This document shows positions 1-11,520 of a DNA stretch of 64,000 nucleotides, piece after piece. A program made the translations under genes and the position numbers. How positions within the stretch are numbered: the stretch's first letter is position 1; every line of letters starts with the position of its first letter. The DNA lies in NCBI GenBank assembly GCA_035084275.1, contig CM068743.1, positions 77,996,001 to 78,060,000 on the forward strand, read 5' to 3'. The notes beneath the pieces were generated by a model that did not search any database, was not told the origin of the DNA, and saw only the letters and a program-made list of their open reading frames with translations. This stretch comes from Hydrolagus colliei (Eukaryota).

Positions 1-382
1 AGATCCTGTCGGAGTTGTGTGAGTGATTAGATGTAAAACAGGTAACGTAACTCCAACAGGAGGACACAGAGTAGGTTAGAAGTCCATAGAGAATCGGTTG
101 GAGGAGGCTGTGAGTTGATGATACCTGAAGCCTTTTGAAGCTTGTATTCGTAGCCAGTATACAATAAGTTTAGGATGTCATTCCTGTCCTGCTCCTGTTA
201 CATCACCGGATACTCACAAAGGAAGTATTTAGGGTGAGCTCACTTTATCGGGTTATCATGATCATGCTTAAAAGTATCCAATCTTCCGGATTGAAAGTTC
301 CGCATGTTGTATGCCACCTACACACGTGAATTTCCCTGTGTCTTGAACGTGCCTGAAGGGACGCACCCTGCTAACCCAATCC

Positions 383-452
383 CAACAACAACAACAACTT
401 TGATTTATATAGTGCCCTCCGCTCCGGACTCGTCTCAGAGCGCTTCGCACAG
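383..452 (-). mobile_element. Short L2-type LINE 3' tail (variant B hairpin) with (TTG)n end
   Basis: On + it reads (caa)n-ctttgatttatatagtgccctcc...tctcagagcgcttc, the reverse complement of the tail at 29380-29440. Confidence 0.75.
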
Positions 453-2721
453 AGTATTGGGTGGAGGTTTGAAAACGCCAAGGCTTAGGAAGAGTCTCTG
501 CACCCAGTGACTGATCTGCCCATTGAATGTGAGTCATTCACACACACATCCATCAATTACAGCAGTCAAAATTCTGGTTTATAAAATGAGAGGGAAGAAT
601 ATTGAATATATGTAGCATATTATTAAATTGAGTATCAGTCGAGGAGTCTGCCATAAACTGACACCTCTTGTGTGGCATTAACACTGTGTCTTGTACTGTA
701 TTGCCATGTATTGCTTCTTCAGTCCCAACAACCCCCTCTAGTGGAACCGAGTGTGTATGAACACAGGCTAAATATTTGTACATTAAGGCAAAGGAATCAG
801 CCACAGCTTTCTAAAGCTAGTGTCAGGCATTTGGACTTTAATGTTTGAAAGTGACTATGAGACAAGAGAGGCATGTTTAATGGAGCTGTTATGAATAGTC
901 TGGAAACTTTGGTGAAAGGGGAACTATATTTTGATGGCTGTGCAAGCACTTTTTATGTGCTCTTGGCAGTTCCTCTCATGATGGGGAAGCATAAAATGCA
1001 GTAATAATGGAGCGGTGCCTGGAGTGCTGCTGTCTGCCTGATGATTTGATAAGGAAGCAATGAGGCACAGTCTAGTCTTTCTTTCAGAATCAGAAAGGGT
1101 TCGGTCACATCAGCCAGAGATCATGGTCACATCATGCTGTAATACAGAGTGCCCGTAGGCACAAATGACAAGTTACAAATATATTATTTAGTCAATTAAT
1201 GAGGGGGAATGTGTGTTGGATTAGCACCAATTTTTAGGATCAAAACAAAACGTGGGGTACAACGAGGATAGTCCAGTCATTTTACTTCATTGTGCACAAT
1301 CTGCATTGCTGTTCCTGTTAATGTACATAATAAACGCGGGCACACCTTTCACCATTGCCTTGTGTTCTCTCTTCATTCCTTAAAGTAATGTGTCGTTCTG
1401 GCTATAATCTAGAATGTTTCACACGTCTATATTTACCCATGATTGATTAAGGGTTGGTTTTATCCACTGCAGGATCCCTCACCTCAGATGCTTGTGTTTG
1501 CATGTAATGTTTCTATTTTGTAATTAACATCTTCTAAATAAAGAGAATGAATACCACTTAAATCATATTTCACAGCATGGTGTCTTTTACTAAAACCAAC
1601 ACGCTGATTCCTATTGAATATAAGTATGGTATACAAAAATATATTTGCTCTTCTATAGTGCCCTTCAAACAGCATAGTGTCCAGTAGTGCCTCTGCCATT
1701 AGCCTTTGTAAAAGGCAATATTCAAACTGAATTTGGACAGAAAAACCATGGTACGTATTTTTCCAGGCACAATTTTAATAAGGTATGTGAAGTTTAGATT
1801 TTTGGGGGGGCAGATTTGAATTACAGCCCCAGGTAAGTGAAAAAGAGACAGGACTATCTCTTTGATCTTTTAAGTCATGAATTTCCTTAACTCCACCATA
1901 TATTGTACTTACATTTTTCCTGCTTAGCAAATTCTGTAAAACATTCCATTATTTAAATACAATCAAATTTATTCAGGCAACGCAAATAATTTCTCCTTAG
2001 TGATACAACTCACCAAAATCTGAAAACCAGTTATATTTTCCCTCTTTAAAATTATGCAGAAATCATATTTAAAAAATCAAAGGTTTGATACTGAAGAATG
2101 TTAGCGATTGATATTCCAGTGCCTTACAGGTAGGTGAGCAAGCATGTAATCCAGTATTTGATAGTTATTGGCAGCATTCAACTGAGATGACAGTGAATAG
2201 ATGGAACAAAGCGAAGCCTGGGTTTGTTTTACAAAGTGTCCAGATCAGTTAAGTAATGCTTAATCCTATTAAAAATGTATTGGTTAGGGATTTGCGAACC
2301 TCGGTGGCTGAACTGATTTGAAATACTGTCCCCAGCTCATTAGTTATTCAGTATTATCTCAATTATGGTTTCAGGTGTTTGTGCTAGTTTATTAGTGTGG
2401 TTACTCTTTATGAAAGAAACAGCAAATTGTTAAGCTCTGAAGAGGCGGTATAGGCATAAGAAATGCATAAGTTGAATTATGCATTTCTTGAACAGTTCTG
2501 AATAAACAGTTACACAATACAATGCTATTTACATTTAGCACCTTTCATGTCGGGTGGATGTCTCAAAGCACTCCATGAAGATAAGTCCTATTTATTTGAA
2601 TGACTTTAACCTTAAAAATAAAGTGAAACTCCACAGTGTGAGGTAAATACCAAGCATTTAATAAAATAATTGAAGAAATATGGAATTTAAAGCAAAATGT
2701 TGTAATAATGTTGTAATAATA

Positions 2722-2845
2722 ATGCCACGTTTTGTCCACAGATATATAGTCAATTCACTTTACAGTTTATTCTGTGAAGCGCTTTGAGACGTCTGGAAAA
2801 CATGAAAAGCACTATATCAAATGCAAGAATTATTATTTTTATTAT
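2722..2845 (+). mobile_element. 3' half of tRNA-derived SINE (L2-like tail, (TTA)n end)
   Basis: tagtcaattcactttacagtttattctgtgaagcgctttgagacgtc...gcactatatcaaatgcaagaattattatt matches the 3' end of the full copies at 44397-44706 and 59683-59991. Confidence 0.85.
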
Positions 2846-5536
2846 AATAGCATGAGGGGGTGCAATTTCCTTGGGGATCATCTTTTGATCGGTTTAAAGC
2901 ACAAATTTGGGGACCAAAATAATCTGCAGTATCTGATAAAATGCGATTATTTGTCTCTTAATTGGCAGCAAGTTAATTGGGCAATTGCAGGAAATTCACC
3001 AGAGGCACAATAGTAAATTCTCCACAACATCCCACCCTGCCCGATACATTACGCATATCTTTACAGTCCACAAATAAACATGGCCTGAGTATAATATGTT
3101 ACCTGAAGATGCACTGAACTGCCTGGAGTCTTGATTCTTTTTTAATATAAAAATTTGCGGTTAAGCATCGCCAGATGGAGAGAGGCTGCAGGATAACCCA
3201 CAGAGAGCCACTCATTACATGGGTGATTTATTTTTACTGTGATGCTCAACTTGCAATTTTCATTTTTTTCCCATAAATCTCTGCAAGTCGACCTGATTTT
3301 GATACACTGGCCTGTTTTATGGCACTGCCTGGTGTGGGTTATGAGGAGTTTAACGGCAGCAATCTGAAAATCCTCAACATTATACCTAAGCGCTGATCGT
3401 AAAGTGTGCCTTCATCAGCACCTGTTAATTTGCCAGTATCCCGAACAAAGCCTCTGACTTAAAGCTTCAAGTAACAGTTTTATTTCAGTTGTCACTGTGA
3501 AGAAAAGCCCTTGCACTTGACACTGACCATCCCCACGGATTCATTTTAATTCACTGCGTTCCAAAATGCTCAGATCTTATCCTTTTCCAACAAAGATCAC
3601 ACAGCCTGCATGAGATGCCTTCTGCGCTGTTGAGCTGCTCACATTAGGGCCTTGCTTCCGGCAATCGTGCCAATCATTTCAAACCACACAGGTAGTTCTT
3701 AGCATTCACTGAGCATATCATGCATCACAAACCTGATCCCCTCATCACCTTGATTTAAAGCTGCATGTCATTCAAAGTACTTCAGAAACTTCATATCGCT
3801 TTAAATCTTTTATACATGCAGTTTGAAACTCATCATCATACAGAGTTGTGTATATCCAGCACTGATATATTTTCCCTACCAGTTTGGCACATATATAGCC
3901 CATCACCTCCCACCTCCTCCTTCCCCCTTGCTCAGCATTCAACCCTGCCACCATACAGAGTTCGAAGATACTGTCTTGAGTGAAGGGCGCTATATAAATG
4001 CAAATTGTTGTATTATTGTGCACTAGACACAGTAAAAGGAATCTAAATGTGCTACATTTGCGCTGGAACCAGATGCAAACAGCGTAGAATATTAGAATGT
4101 GAGCTGCTGCGCACGAGAGGTTGGTTGCAAGTAAAAGAAGGACCACCAGAGAGCAGAGCACCACAGACGTTGCTTTAGTGTATGCGCTCGCCTTTAAACA
4201 CACAAAGTCCTGTGTGAATTTTTTTAAAAACTGCATGACAAAATGTCACACTCTTCACTGTATATAGGAGACATGGGGAGATGGCTATTAAAATTGATAT
4301 TAGAGTGTGTCTGGGAGAGACTGTCAACTAAAATTGTGTTTTACAATCCCCACAAGTCGAGCTGTCCAGCGTTAAAGAGAGAAATTTGGGAGAGGTAAGA
4401 GGAAATCATGAGCATTTTTTTTAAGAAGGGACAAAATAGAGAGGTGACAATGCTTGCAGAGCATGCGTTTTATGCTATTACATTTTATAATGTGTTTTCA
4501 TTAATCTCAAAATTGGTTTTGGATACTCCCAAGTATCAGCTTGATTTTTTGTGTGTATATATACAGTATATATAAAATAATCTTCCCTGCTTGAATGCTA
4601 ACAGAAAACTCCTCAGATACCTGCTGATAAACCATTAGTTTGCACTCAGCAGATCCAGCCACTGCTTGAAGAAATCAGTCTCTAGTAATTGACCTGCTCT
4701 GGTTAATGAGCAATTCCTTTGATTCAAATTTAACTGCCCCATATCATTATAAATATCTGCGCTCCACTCTTCCATTTCCAGGCCTCCCCTGTTATGTTTA
4801 GAATTAAGGAACAGACTCAATTCCCTGAATTTACTTAAGAGAATTAAACTTTTTGAATTCATAACACATGATGGTCCTCTTGTGGTGTTTTGGGAAGCAT
4901 TTGGAGACACTGAACACATGAAAGGCACTATATCAATCCAGGTTGTTTTGTTGTAATAATTGTGAAGGTTGGGGTGAGGGGATGCATTTCATGAAAGATC
5001 TCAGACACAGATACAAACGCAAACATCCACAGGACAAAATAGAATGTGTCCAAGTAGATTAAAGGAAATAAGATTAGAGGAAGGGACAGCAAGGTTGTCC
5101 TATATTAAAGGTTTGATTAAATATAAGAGTTTTACCAGATGATTGGATTGTAACTTGCTTCATAATTTTTATACATTGTATACACACAAAACAGGATTCT
5201 GGGCTCTATGGTTCTGCTGATTAATAGCTGATTAATGAACATTGAGTCTAATATAAAATTAGTATTGTATTTGTTTTTGTGTGTCAAGTCTCTGACACAT
5301 GCAGAAACCCATCACCAGACTTAAAAGCATTCAAACCAGACAGAGAGTTCCGCTATAGCTCATGTTCTCTGTTTGGGTTTGGTGTGGCTGAAGATGCAGA
5401 TGGTGGAGTTTTGAATGAGCTCTAACCTGTATATGGGGCAACAATGGAGACAGATAAGAGACTTTGAGGGTTCCCAGCCATAGATCCCAAAGGCACCCAG
5501 TTAACAACCCTAATTTCAATTTCTCTTGTAGGATTC

Positions 5537-6726
5537 TGTAATGAATGTGTTAAGTAATATCTCAAATTATATTAGTGATATACATATATTTGAGACATAC
5601 ATAATCAATTGCACATCAGAGGACTTTGTTGTGACCAGCTCTGCAGAAGAAATAAAAGACAACAAACTGTTTTCAGTCCTTATCAGAAATTTTCTCATGG
5701 AGAAATAGTCTGTAGCTGGAGAGCGAGCTGTGTTGCATTTGTTTTTGCAGAGGAACCATCTTGCAAAGGAAATGGGTGAAAGGTCACCTAACAAACTGAA
5801 TAAAGAGAGATTGATTTGAGGAAGAAGATGGAGAAAGGAAGACATTTTCTCCAAGAGTTGCGAACATATTCCAGCTTCAGAAGAACAGAAAGATTGAGTG
5901 GAGCAACTCTAGATGTACAATGGTGCTTGGATATCAAACTGGGAACTGTACAATAATACCTGGATACTTTTGGATTTGGAACTGGAAACCATACATCAAT
6001 ACTTGGATACCTTTTGATGGATTTATATTTGGATTAATATGGAGATTAAATTGGACCTTACTACTCTATCTCACCTGCAGCATTTGGTTTGGTCAACTTA
6101 AATCATTATGAAATATGCATTGATACTTACGCATTGTTGTGATGTATACTTTTAATTACTGATAACTATTACTATTCTGAATTAATTATCATGCATATTA
6201 ATTATACAACATTTATGTCAATCCTTCACTGCAGGTTCACAAATTTAAATCAACCATTACAATTGGCACCCTGTTGTGTTGAAGTGGGATAAATCCAATG
6301 TTTAATATTGGTGAGAAATTAAGTATTGGTGCAATTTGAAAATATATGTTTAGCTTCTTGAAGATTAATAGTTGGTGTTTAGTGGGTTGGAGTTAATTAT
6401 ACTGAAATATGGCAGCCCTATTGGTCAGCAAATACTATACAGTACCCTATATAATTGGATGTACAATGAGATATAGTCTGATCCCATTTGGTGCCTAACC
6501 ATCCTAGTGGTTTCCTAGGATCCATCCTTTTACTCTTTTTTTAACTCTGTTTAGAATAGGAAGGAGAAAGAGGTTTGAGGCAGAAGTCAGAGAGAGAGAG
6601 AGAGTTTAAAATTGAACTTCAGAATGCCTTGGCCAGAGAGGCAGAAGTCAAAGAATTTGAATATTAATAGTTCAACATTTGTGTCAGTCCTTACTTCACT
6701 GCAGGGTCACAAATTTAATAACCACA
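5537..6726 (+). mobile_element. Internally deleted Gypsy-like LTR retrotransposon: 5' LTR 5537-6261, PBS, short gag-like remnant, 3' LTR end remnant
   Basis: The LTR is bounded by TGTAATG...CATTACA and followed after 2 nt by TGGCACCC (PBS-like, 6264-6271). 6661-6726 repeats the LTR 3' end (about 6195-6261). An E/R/K-rich coiled-coil reading REFKIELQNALAREAEVKEF lies near 6600-6659. Flanks ATTC / TTTC are a possible degenerate 4-bp target-site duplication (TSD). Confidence 0.7.
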
Positions 6727-8034
6727 TTTCCAATCACTGCACTCTGCTCCTCTTCCGTTACTCGATTACTAATCCAAGACTTACTATTGCTAACTAGTGT
6801 GTGAATAAGAGCTTCATGTAATATTTTATCAAACACCTTTTGGAATACATTGCATTATATGGCTCCTACTGCCCACCCCCAACTTCCCCACCAAAAAAGT
6901 CAGAACAGATTTGACTCTTCTGAAGAGAAGATGGAGGCCATGGTTGTTTTCATACCGGGAAGCTTACGTTTTAGCTTGTAATGCTGAATTCCATTAGTTC
7001 ACAACTTACATTGCATATCACTGTTCACCTCTAATCACATAATGTGGAACTTATGGGCTAGCTTTCAATCCCCCAAATTTAGACATGTTAATTATTAATC
7101 CTTCACAGCTCAAGACAGTGAGTAGATCTTGGACACTCAGTTTAGATACACAAATATAATAATCCTTACATTTGATATAGTGCCTTATCACCTCATTGAA
7201 ATGTCTCAATGCGTGTAACAAGATTGAAAGTGGATTGAATGTGTATTTTGTGAGCAAAATGCGGCAGCTAATTGCATAGAGCAGTATCCCAAAACAGTTG
7301 TGAATTAAATAACCAAATTTTGAGGTGGGGGGTTTAGAGGAACTATTATCCCTGGAAAGCAAGTTGACTAATAATGTGAAATGAGCAAAACACCAATAAA
7401 GGCACTTTAGTAATTAGACTGGAGCATGGGAGGCTGGAGGTTAGTTACCGATTTCTTGCCACGCAGTTTTAGTAGTTAATTGTGGTCCATGCTTTGCAGG
7501 CTGTTGTCTTGTTCTAATAACGAGAAAACTGTGGCTGATTTAAGATGAATCTTCTGGATGTTCTGGCCCCCGAGGCTCAGCAACCACTGGAGTATAATTT
7601 TGAAAGGAATTTCCGATCACCTGTACATTGAGGGAATAGAAGCCCTCAGAGTGGACACACTTCACATTGACTGATGGCACCCTCATCGTCTTGTGGATTG
7701 AGTCCACCCACCAGGCACACCCAGTCCTCCCGGGAACTCAGTAACTGCACAAAACCCGTACTATGTGGCCAATTGTTTCTCTGCATCTCTGGAGAAAAGA
7801 ATGTATCTGTCAGCTTCACTGAGCACAGTGCATCATTCACTCAGTGACAGTGGGAAGATGTGCACCAGTAAAATTAGCTCCTGCTGCCCTGGATGGTCAT
7901 GGGCCTGGAATTGGAGGAGGTTGTGGTTTTAAAGGCTGGATACCCTCTCCCAGAGGTAACATCTGCTTCTCTAATTGTTGCACTGCTCTGCCTTCCTGTT
8001 CCTCTCTGATTGATAGTGCAATAATGTCTAACAA

Positions 8035-8290
8035 AAACACCAACAACAAAATTATATTTACAGAGCGCCTTTCACTTTGGGAGGACGTCCCAAGGTGCTG
8101 AACGATTAGTGGTCGAGACCCGAGCACGAGGGAAGGGTAAGGAGAGGGGTTGGGGAGGGGAGGAAGAAAGGTGGGAGGACAGCTGAAGGCACGATCGAAA
8201 AGGAGGATCTCGAGACTGGCCTTGAAGGAGGCAAGGGAGGAAGGGAGGTGAAGGGACTGTGGGATGGAGTTCCAGAGTGTGGAGGCAGAA
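8035..8290 (-). mobile_element. 5'-truncated L2 LINE 3' end
   Basis: Reverse complement of the L2 3' region; the ORF track ends in ...APWDVLPK, and a (caa)n tail lies at about 8035-8050. Confidence 0.85.
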
Positions 8291-8967
8291 CCAACTCACA
8301 CCTATCTCGCAACACAGGTAGATTTAGTGTTACTGAATTTAACCTAACTTCCCCCTGTACCACCAAGGAATTGATTTTATTGGCCATTTTAATCTAGTTG
8401 TGCATAAATCCAATATGCAATTGGTCGGAAGGCTAATGTAATGGCTGGCGCTGACACACCTAATGGATTCAGAATGGTAACCGTGATGCTTTGACCACTG
8501 CCTGTATGTTAGGAAAGTATGGAATCTAACTCAGTGAAGAAGACTTCTCCATCATACATTTGTAGATGCTGTAACACGATTCTGGTTTTAACAATTGTTA
8601 GGCACAAAGTTGAGGAGAAAGTTCATTCGTATACCCAAATATACAGCAATACAGTTGTGGGAAGATTGACTGGTGGGGGAGGGGCGGGGTGGAACTGGTA
8701 TAATAAAAGTTACTGAGTTTGTTATATGAGCAGACAGCAGACTGTAAGGCTGGCTTCAGGGCAGCACAACTAACCACTGAAACTGACAGCTGTAACCAAA
8801 CACTGACCCACATATTCCACCCTGTATTTACTTCATGAATATTCGGTTGATTTTGTGATTTTTTATATTCAGAGTCAATGCAAGATCCCCACCCTGAAAC
8901 ATTATTGATAATAAGTGGTTTGAAATGATCATCCTAACCAGTCTGCTCTGCTGCCCACTCCTCCAAG

Positions 8968-9215
8968 CAATAAACAAAGAAATTACATGTGTATAGCAAT
9001 TTTCATATCAGGAGGACATCCCAAGGTACAGGACAGTCAGGGATTTGGACCCAAGTAGGGGGTTAGGATCAGGAGGGGTGGAGGGCAGGGGTGGTAGAGT
9101 GGGATAGTGGAGGGTCTTTTCCAGTCAAAGAGAGGGTCTTGAGACATGCCTTGAAGGAAGCAAAGTAGAGAGCAAGGCAAAGGACCTGTGGGATGGAATT
9201 CCGTAGGATGGGGCA
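8968..9215 (-). mobile_element. Older L2 LINE 3' end
   Basis: aggaggacatcccaagg tail plus gagggtcttgagacatgccttgaaggaagc...gggatggaattcc, homologous to 8035-8290. Confidence 0.75.
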
Positions 9216-9539
9216 GAATAACAACAATACTCTTATTTGCATTATATTACCTGTGAGATTGCAGGAGCTGTCATTAACCTGCTGTTCACAGCTGCAGCAC
9301 ACATAACTTTCACAGGTGATTAATCTTTGGCCACTTTATTTAATCCCATGTTGTTCTGTTTTCCACAGAACACCTGATCATTATCTACCAGCAGATAATA
9401 GTTCCTTCATTAACTGATTTTGTAGAAGTGCAAAGAACCAACTCCCAAACCAGTTACCAGACCAGAGAGCAGAGTCTATACTTTGTCTCCTCTTAACTAT
9501 TACTCATCCTGAGTTTCTTGTTGATACCATCTGTAGACA

Positions 9540-10469
9540 CAGGAGTGACTTGCACGTGTATATGGATGATACACAAATCCACTTCTATGCCTGATTCCAG
9601 GACCATTGATACTCTATCTGTTTGCCTAGCAGACATCAAGACACACATTTTGTGAATCTCAACACAGATGAGACAGAAGCTTTCTTAACTGCTGTCATAT
9701 CTGGCTCTGACCACCTCATTCTCCCCCGCCTTCATCTCAAACTCACTGAGCCAGCGTGCAATCATGGTATCTCGTTCAACCTTCAACTTTTCTTTTCCCT
9801 CACAAACAGATCCTGATCAAGTGCCAACAACGCTACCCTTCATGAAGAGTTATTGTCCAGCACCTTGGGACGTCCTCCCGATGTGAAAGGCGCTATACAA
9901 ATGTAATTTTGTTGCTGTTGTTGCTTTTCTTTACTTCACCATATCGCCTGCCGTACCTATTTCATTTTAGGAGCTGCCAAAGCCTCTATTTATGCTTTCA
10001 TTACATCCTCCCTGGACATTTCAAATGCATTCCTTGCTGGTCTCCCTAGCTCCATCATCTATAAACTCCAATGTATCCAAAATTCACAGCTTGTATCATC
10101 ACTCACGCCGAATGGCCAACACCGCACTTCTTCCCTGGCTCCCAGTGGATGGATTTCCTCACTCTCACCTATAAGTTCTTCCATGCCCTAGCATCTCCCT
10201 ATCTCTCTCTTCTATTCCTCTGCTCATCCTTCCCTGCTTGGCTTGGGTGCTTTCCCCACAATCTCTATGCCAATATCAGTGATCGAGCTTTTAGATTCCA
10301 TACTTCACACCTCGGGAATTCTGTTGCTCTGCTTCTCTATCTCACCCTCTATCTGTCTTTATGTTCCACCTTAAAACCTACCCCTTGGAGCTCATCTATG
10401 GTCACCTCCCCTTTCACCTACCCAACATTTGCCTTTATACAGTCCCCAAGACATTATCCTACTTGAAGG
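9540..10469 (+). mobile_element. Old, degenerate L2 LINE fragment that hosts nested insertions; its tail continues at 11521-11553
   Basis: A degenerate YxDDTQ motif (tatatggatgatacacaaatc, about 9560) and C-terminal region are collinear with the young copy; a short L2 tail interrupts it at about 9858-9923. Confidence 0.75.
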
Positions 10470-11476
10470 ACTACTCTCACGGCGTCCCCCAGGGCTCTGT
10501 CCTCGGCCCCCTTCTTTTCACCCTTTACACGCTCCCTCTGGGCGATGTCATCCGCAAACATGGGGTAAATTTCCACATGTATGCGGACGACACCCAGCTG
10601 TACCTTTCTGCCTCATCCCTCAACCCCCAGACCATCGATGTTCTGACAGCATGTCTGTCCGACATTGAGTCCTGGATGAGGGACAACTTCCTCCAATTGA
10701 ATGTGAGCAAGACCGAGACCCTCCTGATTGGCTCAAGCCAAGGCTGTACTCTCCACCTCACAAAGCCAGTCAGGAACCTCGGCATCACGTTCAACCATAA
10801 ACTCTCCTTCCTCCCCCACATCCGTGCCTTGACCGGCACCGCTTATTTCCACCTGCGCAACATTGCCAGGCTCCGCAACTACCTCAACCCCCATGCTGCC
10901 GAAACACTCGTGCACGCATACATCACCTCACGGCTGGACTATGGAAACTCTCTCCTCGTCGGCCTCTCCAGTTCCTCCATTCACAGGCTGCAGGTCATCC
11001 AAAACTCTGCAGCCCGTGTACTATCCCGCACCCACCTCCGCGACCACATAACCCCCACCCTCGCCCGTCTCCACTGGTTCTCCATCCTCCAGAGGATCGA
11101 GTTCACGATCTTCGTCCTCACCTTCAAGGCCTTAAACGGCCTTGCCCCGCCCTACTTAACCGATCTACTCTCCCCCTATAAGCCCACCCGGACCCTCCGT
11201 TCAGCAGGTCTTGGCCTGCTCCAATCCCCCCGCCCGAACCGCCCCACCATTGGAGGCCGGGCTTTCAGTTTCTCCGCTCCCACCCTGTGGAATTCCATCC
11301 CCCAATCCCTCCATCTTGTTTCTTCCCTTTCCTCTTTCAAGGCCGGTTTGAAGACTTTCCTCTTTGACCATGCCTTTTGTTCCTCCCCTACATGTTTCAC
11401 CCCTTCCCGAACACTCCCCTCCCAGCTCGGGTCGCACGCCTCCTGTGCAGTGCCTTGGGACGTCCTCCCGACGTGA
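10361..11476 (+). pseudogene. L2 ORF2 fragment: C-terminal half of reverse transcriptase plus C-terminal domain (no endonuclease or N-terminal RT)
   Basis: [43 protein letters not shown] and LARLHW motifs are typical of L2-clade RT; the first ~37 codons come from flanking DNA. Confidence 0.9.
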
Positions 11477-11520
11477 AAGGCGCTTTATAAGTTCAAGTTG
11501 TTGTTGTTGTTGTTGTTGTT
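10470..11520 (+). mobile_element. Young 5'-truncated L2-clade LINE with (TTG)n tail and putative TTGAAGG target-site duplication
   Basis: Unbroken RT frame, retained CpGs, 3' hairpin gccttgggacgtcctcccgacgtgaaaggcgc and a long (gtt)n; TTGAAGG occurs at 10463-10469 and 11519-11525. Confidence 0.93.

Noticed and set aside
3772-4236. 154-aa ORF on the minus strand
   Set aside because: Runs through an L2 tail and looks compositionally random
10361-11476. Domesticated RT gene or autonomous LINE
   Set aside because: Lacks the endonuclease and N-terminal RT subdomains; the tail and TSD indicate a recent truncated insertion
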